Assembly: GCA_903892515.1 (NCBI GenBank)
Contig: CAITIS010000067.1
Location: 65,347 to 129,346 of the forward strand
Direction: 5' to 3'
Length of the DNA: 64,000 nt
Source: an uncultured Planctomycetota bacterium
GTDB taxonomy: Bacteria > Planctomycetota > Phycisphaerae > SM23-33
Numbering within the stretch: position 1 is the stretch's first letter; each line of letters opens with the position of its first letter. Below, piece by piece: positions 51,052 to 60,293 of the stretch. The notes below the pieces were generated by a model. That model saw only the letters and a program-made list of their open reading frames with translations. It ran no database searches and was not told the DNA's origin. The position numbers were made by a program, and so were the translations under genes.

Positions 51052-53712
51052 TCACTGGGGCCTTTTGGAGGCATCCTCGATGAGCTTTTCCACTTCGGGC
51101 GTCTGGCGGAAGCTCCTGGCGAGCTTGAAGTACGCCAGGGCCTGCACGTAATTCTGATCGGCCAGCTCCTGCTTGCCGCGCTGGAGGTTGTCCTGGTACT
51201 TAACCTCGTTGATCCGCTCCCTCACCTCGGGCTTGTCCAGCACGTTCTTGGCGGCGGTCAGCCGGTTGAGGGCCTCGCCGTAGTTGCCCTTGGCCCGTGC
51301 GGCCTCAGCCTGGTTCATGAGGTCGGAATACTTCTTCTCAAGCTGCACCTGCTCGATGCGGGCGCGGGCTTCGGGCGTGTTGGGCCTGGCCGCGTCGGCC
51401 CGCCGATAGGACGCCTCGGCCTTGGCCCAATCCTTGGCCGCGACAGCCTGATCGCCTTCGTACATCGCCTTGGCGTATTGCGCGTCGGCCAGTTTGGCCT
51501 TGATCTCGTCTCCCGGCCGGACGCCAGCGGCGGCGTGGTACTTCTCAATCGCGTCGTCAAATTTCTTCTCGGCCAGCAGCTTGTCGCCGGCCTGCGTGAG
51601 GCCCTGATAGTCTTTCAGCTTGCTCGCCTCGGCCAGCTCCGCCTGCACCTCGGGCGTATCACGACACTCCTTGGCCTTGTTGAACTCGTCCAGCGCCAAC
51701 TCCACCTGGCCGGTCGTCATGTGCTGCCGCCCCTGCTCCAAGTTGTAGTTGTAGCGGAGGTCCTTGACCTTCTCCGCCAGTTCCGGCGTGCTCTTGAGCT
51801 TCAGGGCCTTGTCGTACGCGTCGGCGGCCGCCATCATCTGGTTCTGGCTCAGCGCGGTCTCGGCCTCGGCGATGGCCTTGCCGTACTCGATGCCGACCTT
51901 CAGCTCGGCCTTCTTCTGTTCGGCCGTCTGCTTGAGCTGCTGATAGACCTCCGGCGAAAGCGACTGCCGCTCGCTCTCGACCACGGCCAGCGCCTTCTCA
52001 CACTCAATCATCGCCTCGTCGGGCTTGTTCTCGGTCATGGCCTGATCGGCCTTCTGCAGGTGGCCCAGGTACTCGCTCTGCTTTTGCATCTCCTGGATCT
52101 TGGCGGTCAAAGCCTTGACCTCGTCAAACTGTTCGGTCAGCAGGGCCTTCTTGCCGGCCTCCTCGGCCTCGGTCAGCGCTTGCGCCAGATTGCCGCTGGC
52201 AATGCCGGCCTTGGCGGCCTCGAGCCTCTTCTGGTAATCCCGCTGCTGCATGTAGTAGTCGCTGAACTCCTTGAGTTGGTCCTTCATGTCCTGCGTCCAC
52301 TTGTACAGCTCCCCCTGGGCGTTTCGCTGGATATCCACGTTCCGGTCGGACGCTTTGGACCAGTACATATCCACGCTGTTGCTGTTGTTTTCGAGCACGC
52401 CCAGTTGCGCCGTCGTCAGCCAGCTCATTACCTCGGCCTTGGAGGCTGTGTTGGGCGCCTGCTCGCCATAACGCTTGGCGATGCGGCCAAACGCTGCGCC
52501 CGCCTCGCCGAACTTAGCCTGTTTGACCGCGCGGCTGGGAGCCTTGGCGGCTTCGCGATAGTCCACCAGGGCCTGGTCATAGGCCTGCTGGGCATCGCGG
52601 CGAACCATGTCGCGCTGCAAGTAGCTCCGCACCAGCAGGAACACGAGCACGACCACCACCAAGCCCATGATCGATGCGACATAGGCGAGCTTCTTGCCCA
52701 GTGACATGCTCGTCTTTGGAATGCTCGCCGTCAGTGCCTCTTGAGGCGAAGGCACCGCCCCCGTCGGCGGCACGGACAACTCCGCCGAGTCGCCGGGGCT
52801 GATTGGAGCAGGCCGCTCCGCCGTATCTCGGCCAGGGCGGCTGAAGGAAGCCCGGATATCCCGGCCTAGCGCTTCAACGTCGGCGTATCGCTTGGCGGGG
52901 TCTTTGGCCATCATCTTCTCGACCACGGATGAAAGGCTTGCCGGCACGGATGGATTCGCTTCCGCCAGCGGCGGCGCCGACACATCCGGCGAGGAATGCC
53001 ATTTCATCCACCGCAGCGCTTCGCTGTGCGGATCGCGCACGATGTCCTGGAAGATCTCGTTGAACTTACTCCGCCCGCACAGCATCTCGTAGGAAATAAT
53101 GCCCAGCGAGTAGATGTCCGACTGGCCGTCCACCTGGGCGGTCGAGAACAATTCCGGCGCCATGTACTTGGTGGTGCCCAGTTTCATCGACGCAGCCGAA
53201 CCCGTCCGGGCCGCCACGCCGAAGTCGGTGATCTTGACCCGCAGATCCTTGGTGATGAGGATGTTGCCGGGCTTGATGTCGCGGTGGATGATGCCCGCGC
53301 GGTGAATCGACGACAGCCCGGCCGCGATCCGCCAGATGATCTGCAGGGCCGATTTCGTCTCGATCGGCTTACCCGGGGTGAGCATCGATTCGAGACTCTG
53401 GCCGTCGACGAACTCCATGACCACGAACATGCCGCTGGGCTCTTCGAGCATGTCCAGAAGCGTCACGACGTGCTCGCTGCCGAGCTTGGCCACCTGCTGG
53501 GCAACCTCGCGGTAGCGGCGAATGAACGCGGCATCGGAAGAAGCCGGGGCGGGAATCTGCTTGATGGCGACGAAGCGGTCGAGCACCGGGTCGTGGGCCT
53601 TGTACACAATGGACTGCCCGCCCGCGCCGATGCGTTCGAGGATGACGTACTTGCCGATCTTCGTGCCCGGCGGCAACGCACCGGCCATAGCTTGTTTCAT
53701 ATCAACGGCCAT
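51052..53712 (-). CDS. Hanks-type Ser/Thr protein kinase, single TM, long C-terminal TPR/coiled-coil domain
   Basis: GAGGQSIVYKA..VAIKQ, HRDIKPGNIL, DFG, YMAPE motifs. TM segment LAYVASIMGLVVVVLVFLLV. ~500 aa of TPR-like repeats. Confidence 0.85.
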   Translation of the reverse strand: MAVDMKQAMAGALPPGTKIGKYVILERIGAGGQSIVYKAHDPVLDRFVAIKQIPAPASSDAAFIRRYREVAQQVAKLGSEHVVTLLDMLEEPSGMFVVMEFVDGQSLESMLTPGKPIETKSALQIIWRIAAGLSSIHRAGIIHRDIKPGNILITKDLRVKITDFGVAARTGSAASMKLGTTKYMAPELFSTAQVDGQSDIYSLGIISYEMLCGRSKFNEIFQDIVRDPHSEALRWMKWHSSPDVSAPPLAEANPSVPASLSSVVEKMMAKDPAKRYADVEALGRDIRASFSRPGRDTAERPAPISPGDSAELSVPPTGAVPSPQEALTASIPKTSMSLGKKLAYVASIMGLVVVVLVFLLVRSYLQRDMVRRDAQQAYDQALVDYREAAKAPSRAVKQAKFGEAGAAFGRIAKRYGEQAPNTASKAEVMSWLTTAQLGVLENNSNSVDMYWSKASDRNVDIQRNAQGELYKWTQDMKDQLKEFSDYYMQQRDYQKRLEAAKAGIASGNLAQALTEAEEAGKKALLTEQFDEVKALTAKIQEMQKQSEYLGHLQKADQAMTENKPDEAMIECEKALAVVESERQSLSPEVYQQLKQTAEQKKAELKVGIEYGKAIAEAETALSQNQMMAAADAYDKALKLKSTPELAEKVKDLRYNYNLEQGRQHMTTGQVELALDEFNKAKECRDTPEVQAELAEASKLKDYQGLTQAGDKLLAEKKFDDAIEKYHAAAGVRPGDEIKAKLADAQYAKAMYEGDQAVAAKDWAKAEASYRRADAARPNTPEARARIEQVQLEKKYSDLMNQAEAARAKGNYGEALNRLTAAKNVLDKPEVRERINEVKYQDNLQRGKQELADQNYVQALAYFKLARSFRQTPEVEKLIEDASKRPQ

Positions 53713-53720
53713 TCAATTCC

Positions 53721-54452
53721 CTATCCGCCCGCAGGAATGTCGCGGGGAAACTTCTCCACATCGATCTCATCCACCAGCCCCTCATTGGGCAAGGCAAAGG
53801 ATGCCGCTGCCGCCGTGGCGTAACCGCCGCCAACACCTGTTGACTCGCCAAACAGGCGATTGGCGTACGGCACCGACAGGAACAGCAAGTGCGTCACGCG
53901 CACCTGCAAGTCTTCGTGCGCGGCATACGCCCAGCCATCCGCCGGCGGCGCCAATGTAACCTGCGTGTTCTCATACGCGTAATTATACTTCGCCGCCAGC
54001 AATTGGCCGACCCAGTTGGGCACGCCTTGGCCTGAACGCAGGAAGAACTCCCGCAGCCCATCGCTGATCGCACCGGTCGAATCGCCCTGACCGCCGGCAC
54101 TCTTGCCCGACGATATCGGCAGCACCGTGAACACCGCGGCCATGCGAATGTGCTGGTACTTTTCGTCGGTGAGCTTGTTCCAGTTCCGAAAAGCTGGATC
54201 GGCTCCGCTACTCGACGGCAGATCTTCTGGTATCCAGACCACGGCCGACCTGGCCGCAGCATAAGCGGCCGCGTTCACGGCCAGATTGCCCGCCATCAGC
54301 AACATCGACTGAATCAGGATCAGCACGATCGCCAGTGCGACCGGAAAGACCAGCGCGAACTCGACCGCGGCCGTGCCTTCCTGACCGCCGAATCGACGGG
54401 AACCGTAGGGCGGGCACTGCCCGCCGCGATTTCTCCCCAATCGCCGCATCAT
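53721..54452 (-). CDS. TadE-like pseudopilin (second copy)
   Basis: N-terminus MRRLGRNRGG...GTAAVEFALVFPVALAIVLILIQ (TadE motif). Start trimmed. The 22-bp palindromic element falls in codons 7-14. Confidence 0.6.
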   Translation of the reverse strand: MMRRLGRNRGGQCPPYGSRRFGGQEGTAAVEFALVFPVALAIVLILIQSMLLMAGNLAVNAAAYAAARSAVVWIPEDLPSSSGADPAFRNWNKLTDEKYQHIRMAAVFTVLPISSGKSAGGQGDSTGAISDGLREFFLRSGQGVPNWVGQLLAAKYNYAYENTQVTLAPPADGWAYAAHEDLQVRVTHLLFLSVPYANRLFGESTGVGGGYATAAAASFALPNEGLVDEIDVEKFPRDIPAGG

Positions 54453-54690
54453 GCCGCACAGGAAGACCAGCACCGCACCGCTGGCCAACATGCATAGACC
54501 GGCAATCACGGTCAGCCGGTTGGTCAGGAACCCGTCAAACCAGACTGGCCGGGCACGCCAAGCGATCCAGAGCACCACGGCCAGTGCGGCCACAGCGCTC
54601 AATTTGCACAACGCAAGGCCAACACGGCCGAACGACACATGGACGCGACGCCCATGCCGCGGCTCTCTGCCACCAGAATGAATCGATTGT

Positions 54691-55311
54691 TCAACCAAGC
54701 GGCCTCCCGCCGTGCATGATTGCGTACCACGCCAGTTTTCCGACTGCCCCAAGCACGCCCACGCACAGAGCAACGGCAAATGGAATTCGCGGGCTCTCGG
54801 GCGTGGTGGGATCGGCTGGGCGGACGCCGCCAAACAGCAGCGCGGCCGCGTGAAACACCCGCCGCAACGTCTGGCGGACAACTTTCCGCCGAATCATAAC
54901 CCAAATCGCCATCACGGCCGCTGCCAGGCAGCCAAGGAACAATGCGTCCACTGCCACCAACCAGCCGCCGATGCTGCCGATGGCTCCCATCAGCTTGGCG
55001 TCGCCACCGCCGATGCCGCCGGCCAGCCATACCAGCATCATGGGCACGAAGCCAACGGCCAGCCCGGCCAGCGATCCGGCCAAGCCCATGTCGTTGTCGG
55101 TCCCGACCACCCCACCGGCCAAGGCATGCCCCGCCAAACCCACGAGAACCGCCGAGTAGGTCAGCCAATTTGGAACCAGCCCCTTACGCAGGTCAACGAC
55201 GGCCGAGGCAACGGCCATCGCCACCAAGGCGGCCGCGCACCACGTTGGCAGTCCCAGCGGGGACTGTACCAGCCAAGCCATCGCACTCTCGACTCGGTCG
55301 AGCCATGGCAT
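54691..55311 (-). CDS. A24-family prepilin peptidase (TadV/CpaA-like)
   Basis: Polytopic with GGGDAKLMGAIG motif. Start set at MPWLDRV. Confidence 0.75.
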   Translation of the reverse strand: MPWLDRVESAMAWLVQSPLGLPTWCAAALVAMAVASAVVDLRKGLVPNWLTYSAVLVGLAGHALAGGVVGTDNDMGLAGSLAGLAVGFVPMMLVWLAGGIGGGDAKLMGAIGSIGGWLVAVDALFLGCLAAAVMAIWVMIRRKVVRQTLRRVFHAAALLFGGVRPADPTTPESPRIPFAVALCVGVLGAVGKLAWYAIMHGGRPLG

Positions 55312-55315
55312 CAGA

Positions 55316-55504
55316 TCAACCGGTACCTTCCGACTTGGTCGTATTCCAGAGATCCTGCACCCAGGTGGCCAGGTCCTTCCGGAACCAGATAAGCAGGCCC
55401 AGCAGCGGCAGCACAACGGCCGCGATGATGAGCAGTTTTTCCAGACCTTCGGCGCCGCGCTCGTCGGAGTGGAGCTTTCTCAAACTCGTCCAGATTCTCT
55501 TCAT
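55316..55504 (-). CDS. Flp-family type IVb pilin
   Basis: 62 aa. MKRIWTSLRKLHSDERGAEGLEKLLIIAAVVLPLLGLLIWF has Flp-like G/xxxxE + hydrophobic-stretch architecture. Confidence 0.55.
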   Translation of the reverse strand: MKRIWTSLRKLHSDERGAEGLEKLLIIAAVVLPLLGLLIWFRKDLATWVQDLWNTTKSEGTG

Positions 55505-55712
55505 ACTTCCATCCATATCTTTGTGATACATCCGCGGCTCGACTGAGCTCGCTGAAGTCCATCGGCTGTGCGCGTCGGTGGCACAGCTTTTCCAAGCTGT
55601 TCCTTTCCGAACCGGCACGGGCTAGAAAGCCTGTGCCACCACAGACTCAACTGTGTTCTCACCGCGGCACCAGCACGGCTGCAAACTCCGCAGCCGTGGC
55701 ACCCGCCCAATA

Positions 55713-55886
55713 CTCAGGGAAACGGCAAGGTCTCCAGGAACGACACCATCCGGTAGTGCGACGCCAGGGCTGACGTTCCCAGCTTGATCACGCCGAACAT
55801 CGGCAGGGCCACAGCGGCCAGCACCAGCGACCACTCCAGCGTCATTTGGCCGGCACGATCGCGCTGCAACTTCAGCCACGTCTTCA
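55713..55886 (-). CDS. Flp-family type IVb pilin (second copy, unlisted 57-aa ORF)
   Basis: MKTWLKLQRDRAGQMTLEWSLVLAAVALPMFGVIKLG fits G/xxxxEW processing motif + hydrophobic helix. ATG overlaps the cpaF2 stop region. Confidence 0.55.
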
Positions 55887-56999
55887 TGCCGCCCCCTCGG
55901 CCGACGGGAAGAGAATCTCCCTCGTCAGCTCAGCTTGGGGCTCCAGCACGCGCATGGACGCCTCGCCGCCGTACAGTGACTTCATGCCAGTCCAAACGAG
56001 CCGCCCCTTGCCCGTATTGCCGGCCTCCAGCTCGTAGCGGAAAATCGTCCGCAAGTGGTACTGGCCCTGCTCCAACGCCTGCACCTCGGCGATTTCGGTA
56101 ATGGCCCGCCGGCCGTCGGAAAAACGCATCATCTGCACGATCACGTGGATGCCCGAAGCGATTTGCGCCCGCATCGCGTGCAGCGGCAAGTCTATCTTCG
56201 ACATCATGCACAGCGTCTCCAAGCGGTTCAGCGCGTCCAGCGGATTGTTTGCGTGAAGCGTGCTCATCGAGCCCGCATGGCCGGAGGTCATCGCCTGGAC
56301 GATCTCAAGGGCCTCACCGCCGCGGCACTCGCCGATGATGATCCGGTCTGGCCGAAGGCGCAGCGACGAGCGGAACAAATCGCGAATCGTGACTTCGCCT
56401 CGCCCGTAGCGATCCGCGCCGCGACTTTCCAAGCTGATAACATGCTCCTGTTGCAGCTTCAGCTCGGACGAGTCTTCGATCACGACAATCCGCTGATGCT
56501 CGGGGATAAACCCGCTGAGCACATTGAGCAGGCTGGTCTTGCCCGAGCTGGTTCCACCGGCCACGAGCAGGTTCTTCTGGGCCAGCACGACCAGCTTGAG
56601 GTATTCCATCCCCTGCGGTGTGGCCGAACCCATCTGGATCATGAAATTGGCGTCGAAGAGCACCTTCGCGAATTTTCGGATCGTCATGCACGTGCCATGC
56701 CGGCTGAGCGGCGCAAGGATGACGTGCACGCGCGAGCCGTCGGGCAATCGCGAATCCTGCAGCGGCCGCTCGGAGGTGAGGCGTTTGCCCGTGTATTGCA
56801 GCACATTATTGACCGCGGCCAGGAATGCCGCTTCGCTGTCGAAGTGAGCGTCGGTGCGGATCAGCTGCCCGCTCTTCTCGATGTATATTTCCGAGGGCGT
56901 GTTGATCATGATCTCCGACACGGCCGGGTCGCGCAGGTACTCTGCCACCGGGGCCAGGAAGTGATTGATCGTGACGGAGAATATCTCGCTTCGGTCCAT
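55884..56999 (-). CDS. cpaF: Tad secretion ATPase CpaF/TadA (second copy, no FHA)
   Basis: 371 aa. Walker A GGTSSGKTS, Asp/His boxes, RLRPDRIIIGECRG. Confidence 0.85.
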   Translation of the reverse strand: MDRSEIFSVTINHFLAPVAEYLRDPAVSEIMINTPSEIYIEKSGQLIRTDAHFDSEAAFLAAVNNVLQYTGKRLTSERPLQDSRLPDGSRVHVILAPLSRHGTCMTIRKFAKVLFDANFMIQMGSATPQGMEYLKLVVLAQKNLLVAGGTSSGKTSLLNVLSGFIPEHQRIVVIEDSSELKLQQEHVISLESRGADRYGRGEVTIRDLFRSSLRLRPDRIIIGECRGGEALEIVQAMTSGHAGSMSTLHANNPLDALNRLETLCMMSKIDLPLHAMRAQIASGIHVIVQMMRFSDGRRAITEIAEVQALEQGQYHLRTIFRYELEAGNTGKGRLVWTGMKSLYGGEASMRVLEPQAELTREILFPSAEGAA

Positions 57000-57221
57000 T
57001 GAATATCCAAGCTGACAGCCTCGCAGCGGACAGGTCTTCCGTCCGGCGGTGAGGCCGTCTCAAAACACAACCCAACCTCGGTACTAAGTTTAGATCGGCC
57101 CGAGGACTGGAGCAAGTTGAGCACTCTGACGATAAGCTACGAGTAATACTCTGGAAAGAAAAGGAAGGTTTGCTAGAATGACGCTCCCTCGTCCGAAGCC
57201 TTTGGGCTCGGCGGGTCCTCC

Positions 57222-57310
57222 GGAGAGGTGTCCGAGTGGCCGAAGGAGCCGGTTTCGAAAACCGGTGTACACCCAACGGTGTACCGTGGGTTCGAATCCC
57301 ACCCTCTCCG
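57222..57310 (+). tRNA. tRNA-Ser (anticodon CGA), type II with long variable arm
   Basis: GGAGAGG acceptor, D-arm, anticodon stem CCGGT/ACCGG with loop TTCGAAA, long variable arm, T-arm GGGTTCGAATCCC. Acceptor 3' strand CCTCTCC pairs with the 5' end. Confidence 0.85.
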
Positions 57311-57324
57311 TATCCAGAGAGTAC

Positions 57325-57375
57325 GGCCTCGCAAGCGGCTCAGTCTGAGCAACTTGCGAGGCCGTTTGTTTTTCC
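57325..57375 (+). terminator. rho-independent terminator after tRNA-Ser
   Basis: GGCCTCGCAAG...CTTGCGAGGCC stem followed by GTTTGTTTTTCC. Confidence 0.65.
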
Positions 57376-57453
57376 GGCAGGTTCGTGCGACCAACCTTGC
57401 CCGCGCGCCTGCTATTCCCCAAGACGGCTGGGCGCAGGCTTGGGGCAGCGAGC

Positions 57454-58842
57454 CTACACCACTTCCATCTTTCCCAGTTGCAGCCAGCGGTCGAAGAAGC
57501 GTGGCTTGTTGGCAAAGCTGACCTTGCACTGCTTCTTGGCGTCGATGAGTCCGGCCGACAGTTCCACCAGCCCGGGACGAAGCCCCTTGGGCAGTGTCAC
57601 CTTGCGATCCATGCACGTGTCGCCCGGCAGCCAGGTCCGCACGTCCACGTCCTTGCAGGGCACGATGAATGCGTTGTCGCCCTGGCGGAAGCGCAGGGCG
57701 AAATCGTAATGATGGTACAGCGGGGCCACGCCCACGTTCTCAATCCAGGATTCAAAGGCCATTCGCCCGCCCCTTTTCACCCTGGCCTCGAACTTGGCCT
57801 GGCGGAAGATGTACCGGTAGCCCATCATCCGGCTGAACTTGTCCAGCTTGTCGATCCACGCGTCCGGCAGATACGTGTACTTGGGCGAGAAATACGTCGT
57901 GTGGAACTTCAACCCCTGCTGAATGATGAAGTCCAGATCCCAGCCCTTCTGATACCACCCCATGGGCACCCAGCACGATTCGAAGAACACCGGGCCGGTC
58001 TTCCATGCCTCCGTCACGCCCGAGGCGCAGAGGTGTTGCGGGTAGGAGTCGAAGTGGTGATTCCAGGAAACGTCACGTGTGACAAGATCCGAGCCCACGC
58101 TGCTCAGGTCGCCGTAGCAGTTGGCTCGCCAGCCGCCCCGGCCATCCGTCTTAAGCCCGATTGGCATCTGGTGGCCGGCGAATTCCCAAAGCTTAATCGT
58201 CCTGGGAAAGGCTTCGCAGAAGACGTTGACGAACTTCTGGATCTGTCCGTCGGACATGTCCGCGTCGCCTTCGCCCCAGAAGCCGACGAAGGCCGGCGTG
58301 TAGTTCTCAATGAAAGGGTGGCCATCGTATCGCCGGCCCAGTTCGCGGATGAAGTCGCCCCAGTGCTTTAGATACTCTTTGGAGTTGGGAACCGGCACCA
58401 TCCAGTCCGTGTCGTTGTAGGGTTCCATCGGACACTTCTGGCTGTACCACTTGGGCACCGCCGGCTGGCTGGAGGGGCCGTAGGCCATGGCGCGCATGGC
58501 CAACCGCTGGCCACGCTCCTGGCAGGTCTGCAACGATTTCTCGATAACGGTGAAGTCGTACTTGCCCTTCTCCGGTTCCATCAAGTTCCAGAACCAGCGG
58601 CAGTACGCCACGGTCGTGGGCACGTACCCCTTGACGGTGATTTGCGCGCCGCTTTCAGGCGCTCCCGATGCCAGCCCGGTGCCCTTGATCGGTGGGAACG
58701 TTTCTGGGCCCGACTCCGACCACGTCGTGCCCGGGAACAATTCATCACCGTTGAAGTGCTGGAAGGTAGTGATGCCCTTGTGCGGGTTGGCCAGGTACTC
58801 GTCGGTGGGTTGGGGACGGACACGAACGAATTGTTCTGCCAT
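57454..58842 (-). CDS. glycoside-hydrolase-like TIM-barrel protein (paralog of 6342..7814)
   Basis: 462 aa. Shares NPHKGITTFQHF, YCRWFWNLMEPEKGKYDF and C-terminal GWDLDF blocks with the 6342 ORF. Confidence 0.6.
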   Translation of the reverse strand: MAEQFVRVRPQPTDEYLANPHKGITTFQHFNGDELFPGTTWSESGPETFPPIKGTGLASGAPESGAQITVKGYVPTTVAYCRWFWNLMEPEKGKYDFTVIEKSLQTCQERGQRLAMRAMAYGPSSQPAVPKWYSQKCPMEPYNDTDWMVPVPNSKEYLKHWGDFIRELGRRYDGHPFIENYTPAFVGFWGEGDADMSDGQIQKFVNVFCEAFPRTIKLWEFAGHQMPIGLKTDGRGGWRANCYGDLSSVGSDLVTRDVSWNHHFDSYPQHLCASGVTEAWKTGPVFFESCWVPMGWYQKGWDLDFIIQQGLKFHTTYFSPKYTYLPDAWIDKLDKFSRMMGYRYIFRQAKFEARVKRGGRMAFESWIENVGVAPLYHHYDFALRFRQGDNAFIVPCKDVDVRTWLPGDTCMDRKVTLPKGLRPGLVELSAGLIDAKKQCKVSFANKPRFFDRWLQLGKMEVV

Positions 58843-59078
58843 GTTCTATCTCCTGTTGGCGATGCCAGCTTGTCGGACAGCAATGCTACCCGGCCGCCAT
58901 CAACACTGCCACAACTCCCTTCGCCAAGCGGCGATCCACGAGGACGGCGCCGGCGGCCCCTATTCCATGAAAACTTCGCGACAGGATACATGCTTGCCTG
59001 TATAATGGGGCCAGTCGCCTGCGTTGCCTGGCAGTCACATCTATCGGCCTTGAAACGTGGAAAAAGGAGCTTTCAGCC

Positions 59079-60188
59079 ATGCGACCTGGCCGTTCGCACA
59101 TACGGATTCTGACGACGATTCTAATGCTGTCGAGCCTGTCGGCTGCGCGGGCAGGCACAATCCTGGACAACGTACCGGATTCGCAGTATCTCGCCCTGGC
59201 TGCGCAAAGCCAGTTTAGCGCGGTGGGATGTTTGACCTGGAACAACGGCTATCTCGCCTCCGGCACGTATCTGGGGAATGGCTGGGTGCTGACGGCTGGG
59301 CATGTCACCAGCGGCAACGACTATGCCGGCGGAGGCATCACCAACGCGAGCTTCGCAATCAACGGCCAAGTCTACTCAGCCAGCCAGTTCATCCCTAACC
59401 CAGGATGGACGGCCACCAGCGGCGACCTCAGCAAAGGTTACGACATCGGCCTGGTCCGACTGGGCCAGGACATCCCCGGGCTCGCGCCAGCGGCGCTGTA
59501 CACGGGATCGAGCGAACTGAACAGCACATTGACGATCGTCGGGTACGGCTTTACCGGCACGGGGCTGACGGGATACGCCACCGATGCCATCGGCACCAAG
59601 CGGGCCGGTCAGAACGTGGTGGACCGCGTTGGCGGCCAGTCCAACCCCACCAACGACTGGCTGTATGGCTATTCGCCCAACACGATGTTCACCGACTTCG
59701 ATAGTCCCAACCGCAGGGAGAGCATGTGGGGCAGCCGCACTCCGCTGGCGATGGAGTACTGCGCGGCCCCGGGCGACAGCGGCGGAGGCGACTTCATCCA
59801 GGAGGGCGGCCAGTGGTATGTGGCCGGCGTCACGTCCTTTCTCGTGGCTGGCACCGACGGCACAGTGAATGCCAGCTATGGCGACATGGCCGCCTTCACG
59901 CGGGTCTCCCCCTTTGTCGACTGGATCGACCAGATGATGGCCACCCCATCGCTGCCTGGCGACGCCAACCATGACGGCAAGGTCACCTTTGCGGACTATA
60001 TCATCTTGGAACTTAACTTCGGCAAGACCAACGCCCTCTGGACCGACGGCGACTTCAACGGCGACGGTCGGGTCGACTTCAAAGACTACATCATTTTGGA
60101 AGGCCACTTCGGCCAAATCGCTCCGGAGCCGGCCACTTTTGCGTTCCTGCTGAGCGGGCTGACGGCATCACTGCGGCGCAGGCCATAA
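59079..60188 (+). CDS. secreted trypsin-like (S1) serine protease with dockerin-like Ca-binding repeats and PEP-CTERM sorting signal
   Basis: Signal peptide. LTAGHV (His), DIGLVRL (Asp region), GDSGGG (Ser). DANHDGKVTFADY / DFNGDGRVDFKDY repeats. C-terminal PEP..FAFLLSGLTASLRRRP. Confidence 0.8.
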   Translation: MRPGRSHIRILTTILMLSSLSAARAGTILDNVPDSQYLALAAQSQFSAVGCLTWNNGYLASGTYLGNGWVLTAGHVTSGNDYAGGGITNASFAINGQVYSASQFIPNPGWTATSGDLSKGYDIGLVRLGQDIPGLAPAALYTGSSELNSTLTIVGYGFTGTGLTGYATDAIGTKRAGQNVVDRVGGQSNPTNDWLYGYSPNTMFTDFDSPNRRESMWGSRTPLAMEYCAAPGDSGGGDFIQEGGQWYVAGVTSFLVAGTDGTVNASYGDMAAFTRVSPFVDWIDQMMATPSLPGDANHDGKVTFADYIILELNFGKTNALWTDGDFNGDGRVDFKDYIILEGHFGQIAPEPATFAFLLSGLTASLRRRP

Positions 60189-60214
60189 TCGATGTCGGCC
60201 CGTTGAACATTTTC

Positions 60215-60293
60215 GTGTCGCGGGCGTCTCGCCCGCGCGTGCAGAGGCCATGATTCCGAGGATTTCCAGACGCGGGCGAGACGCCCGCGACAC
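60215..60293. repeat. perfect 23-bp inverted repeat (GTGTCGCGGGCGTCTCGCCCGCG ... CGCGGGCGAGACGCCCGCGACAC), 33-bp spacer
   Basis: Read directly. Each arm contains the GCGGGCGTCTCGCCCGC sub-palindrome. Related to ATGGGCGAGACGCCCAT elements elsewhere. Confidence 0.85.

Noticed and set aside
50776-52704. 642-aa plus-strand ORF
   Set aside because: Antisense to the Ser/Thr kinase gene and translated from repeats. Leu/Gly-rich nonsense.
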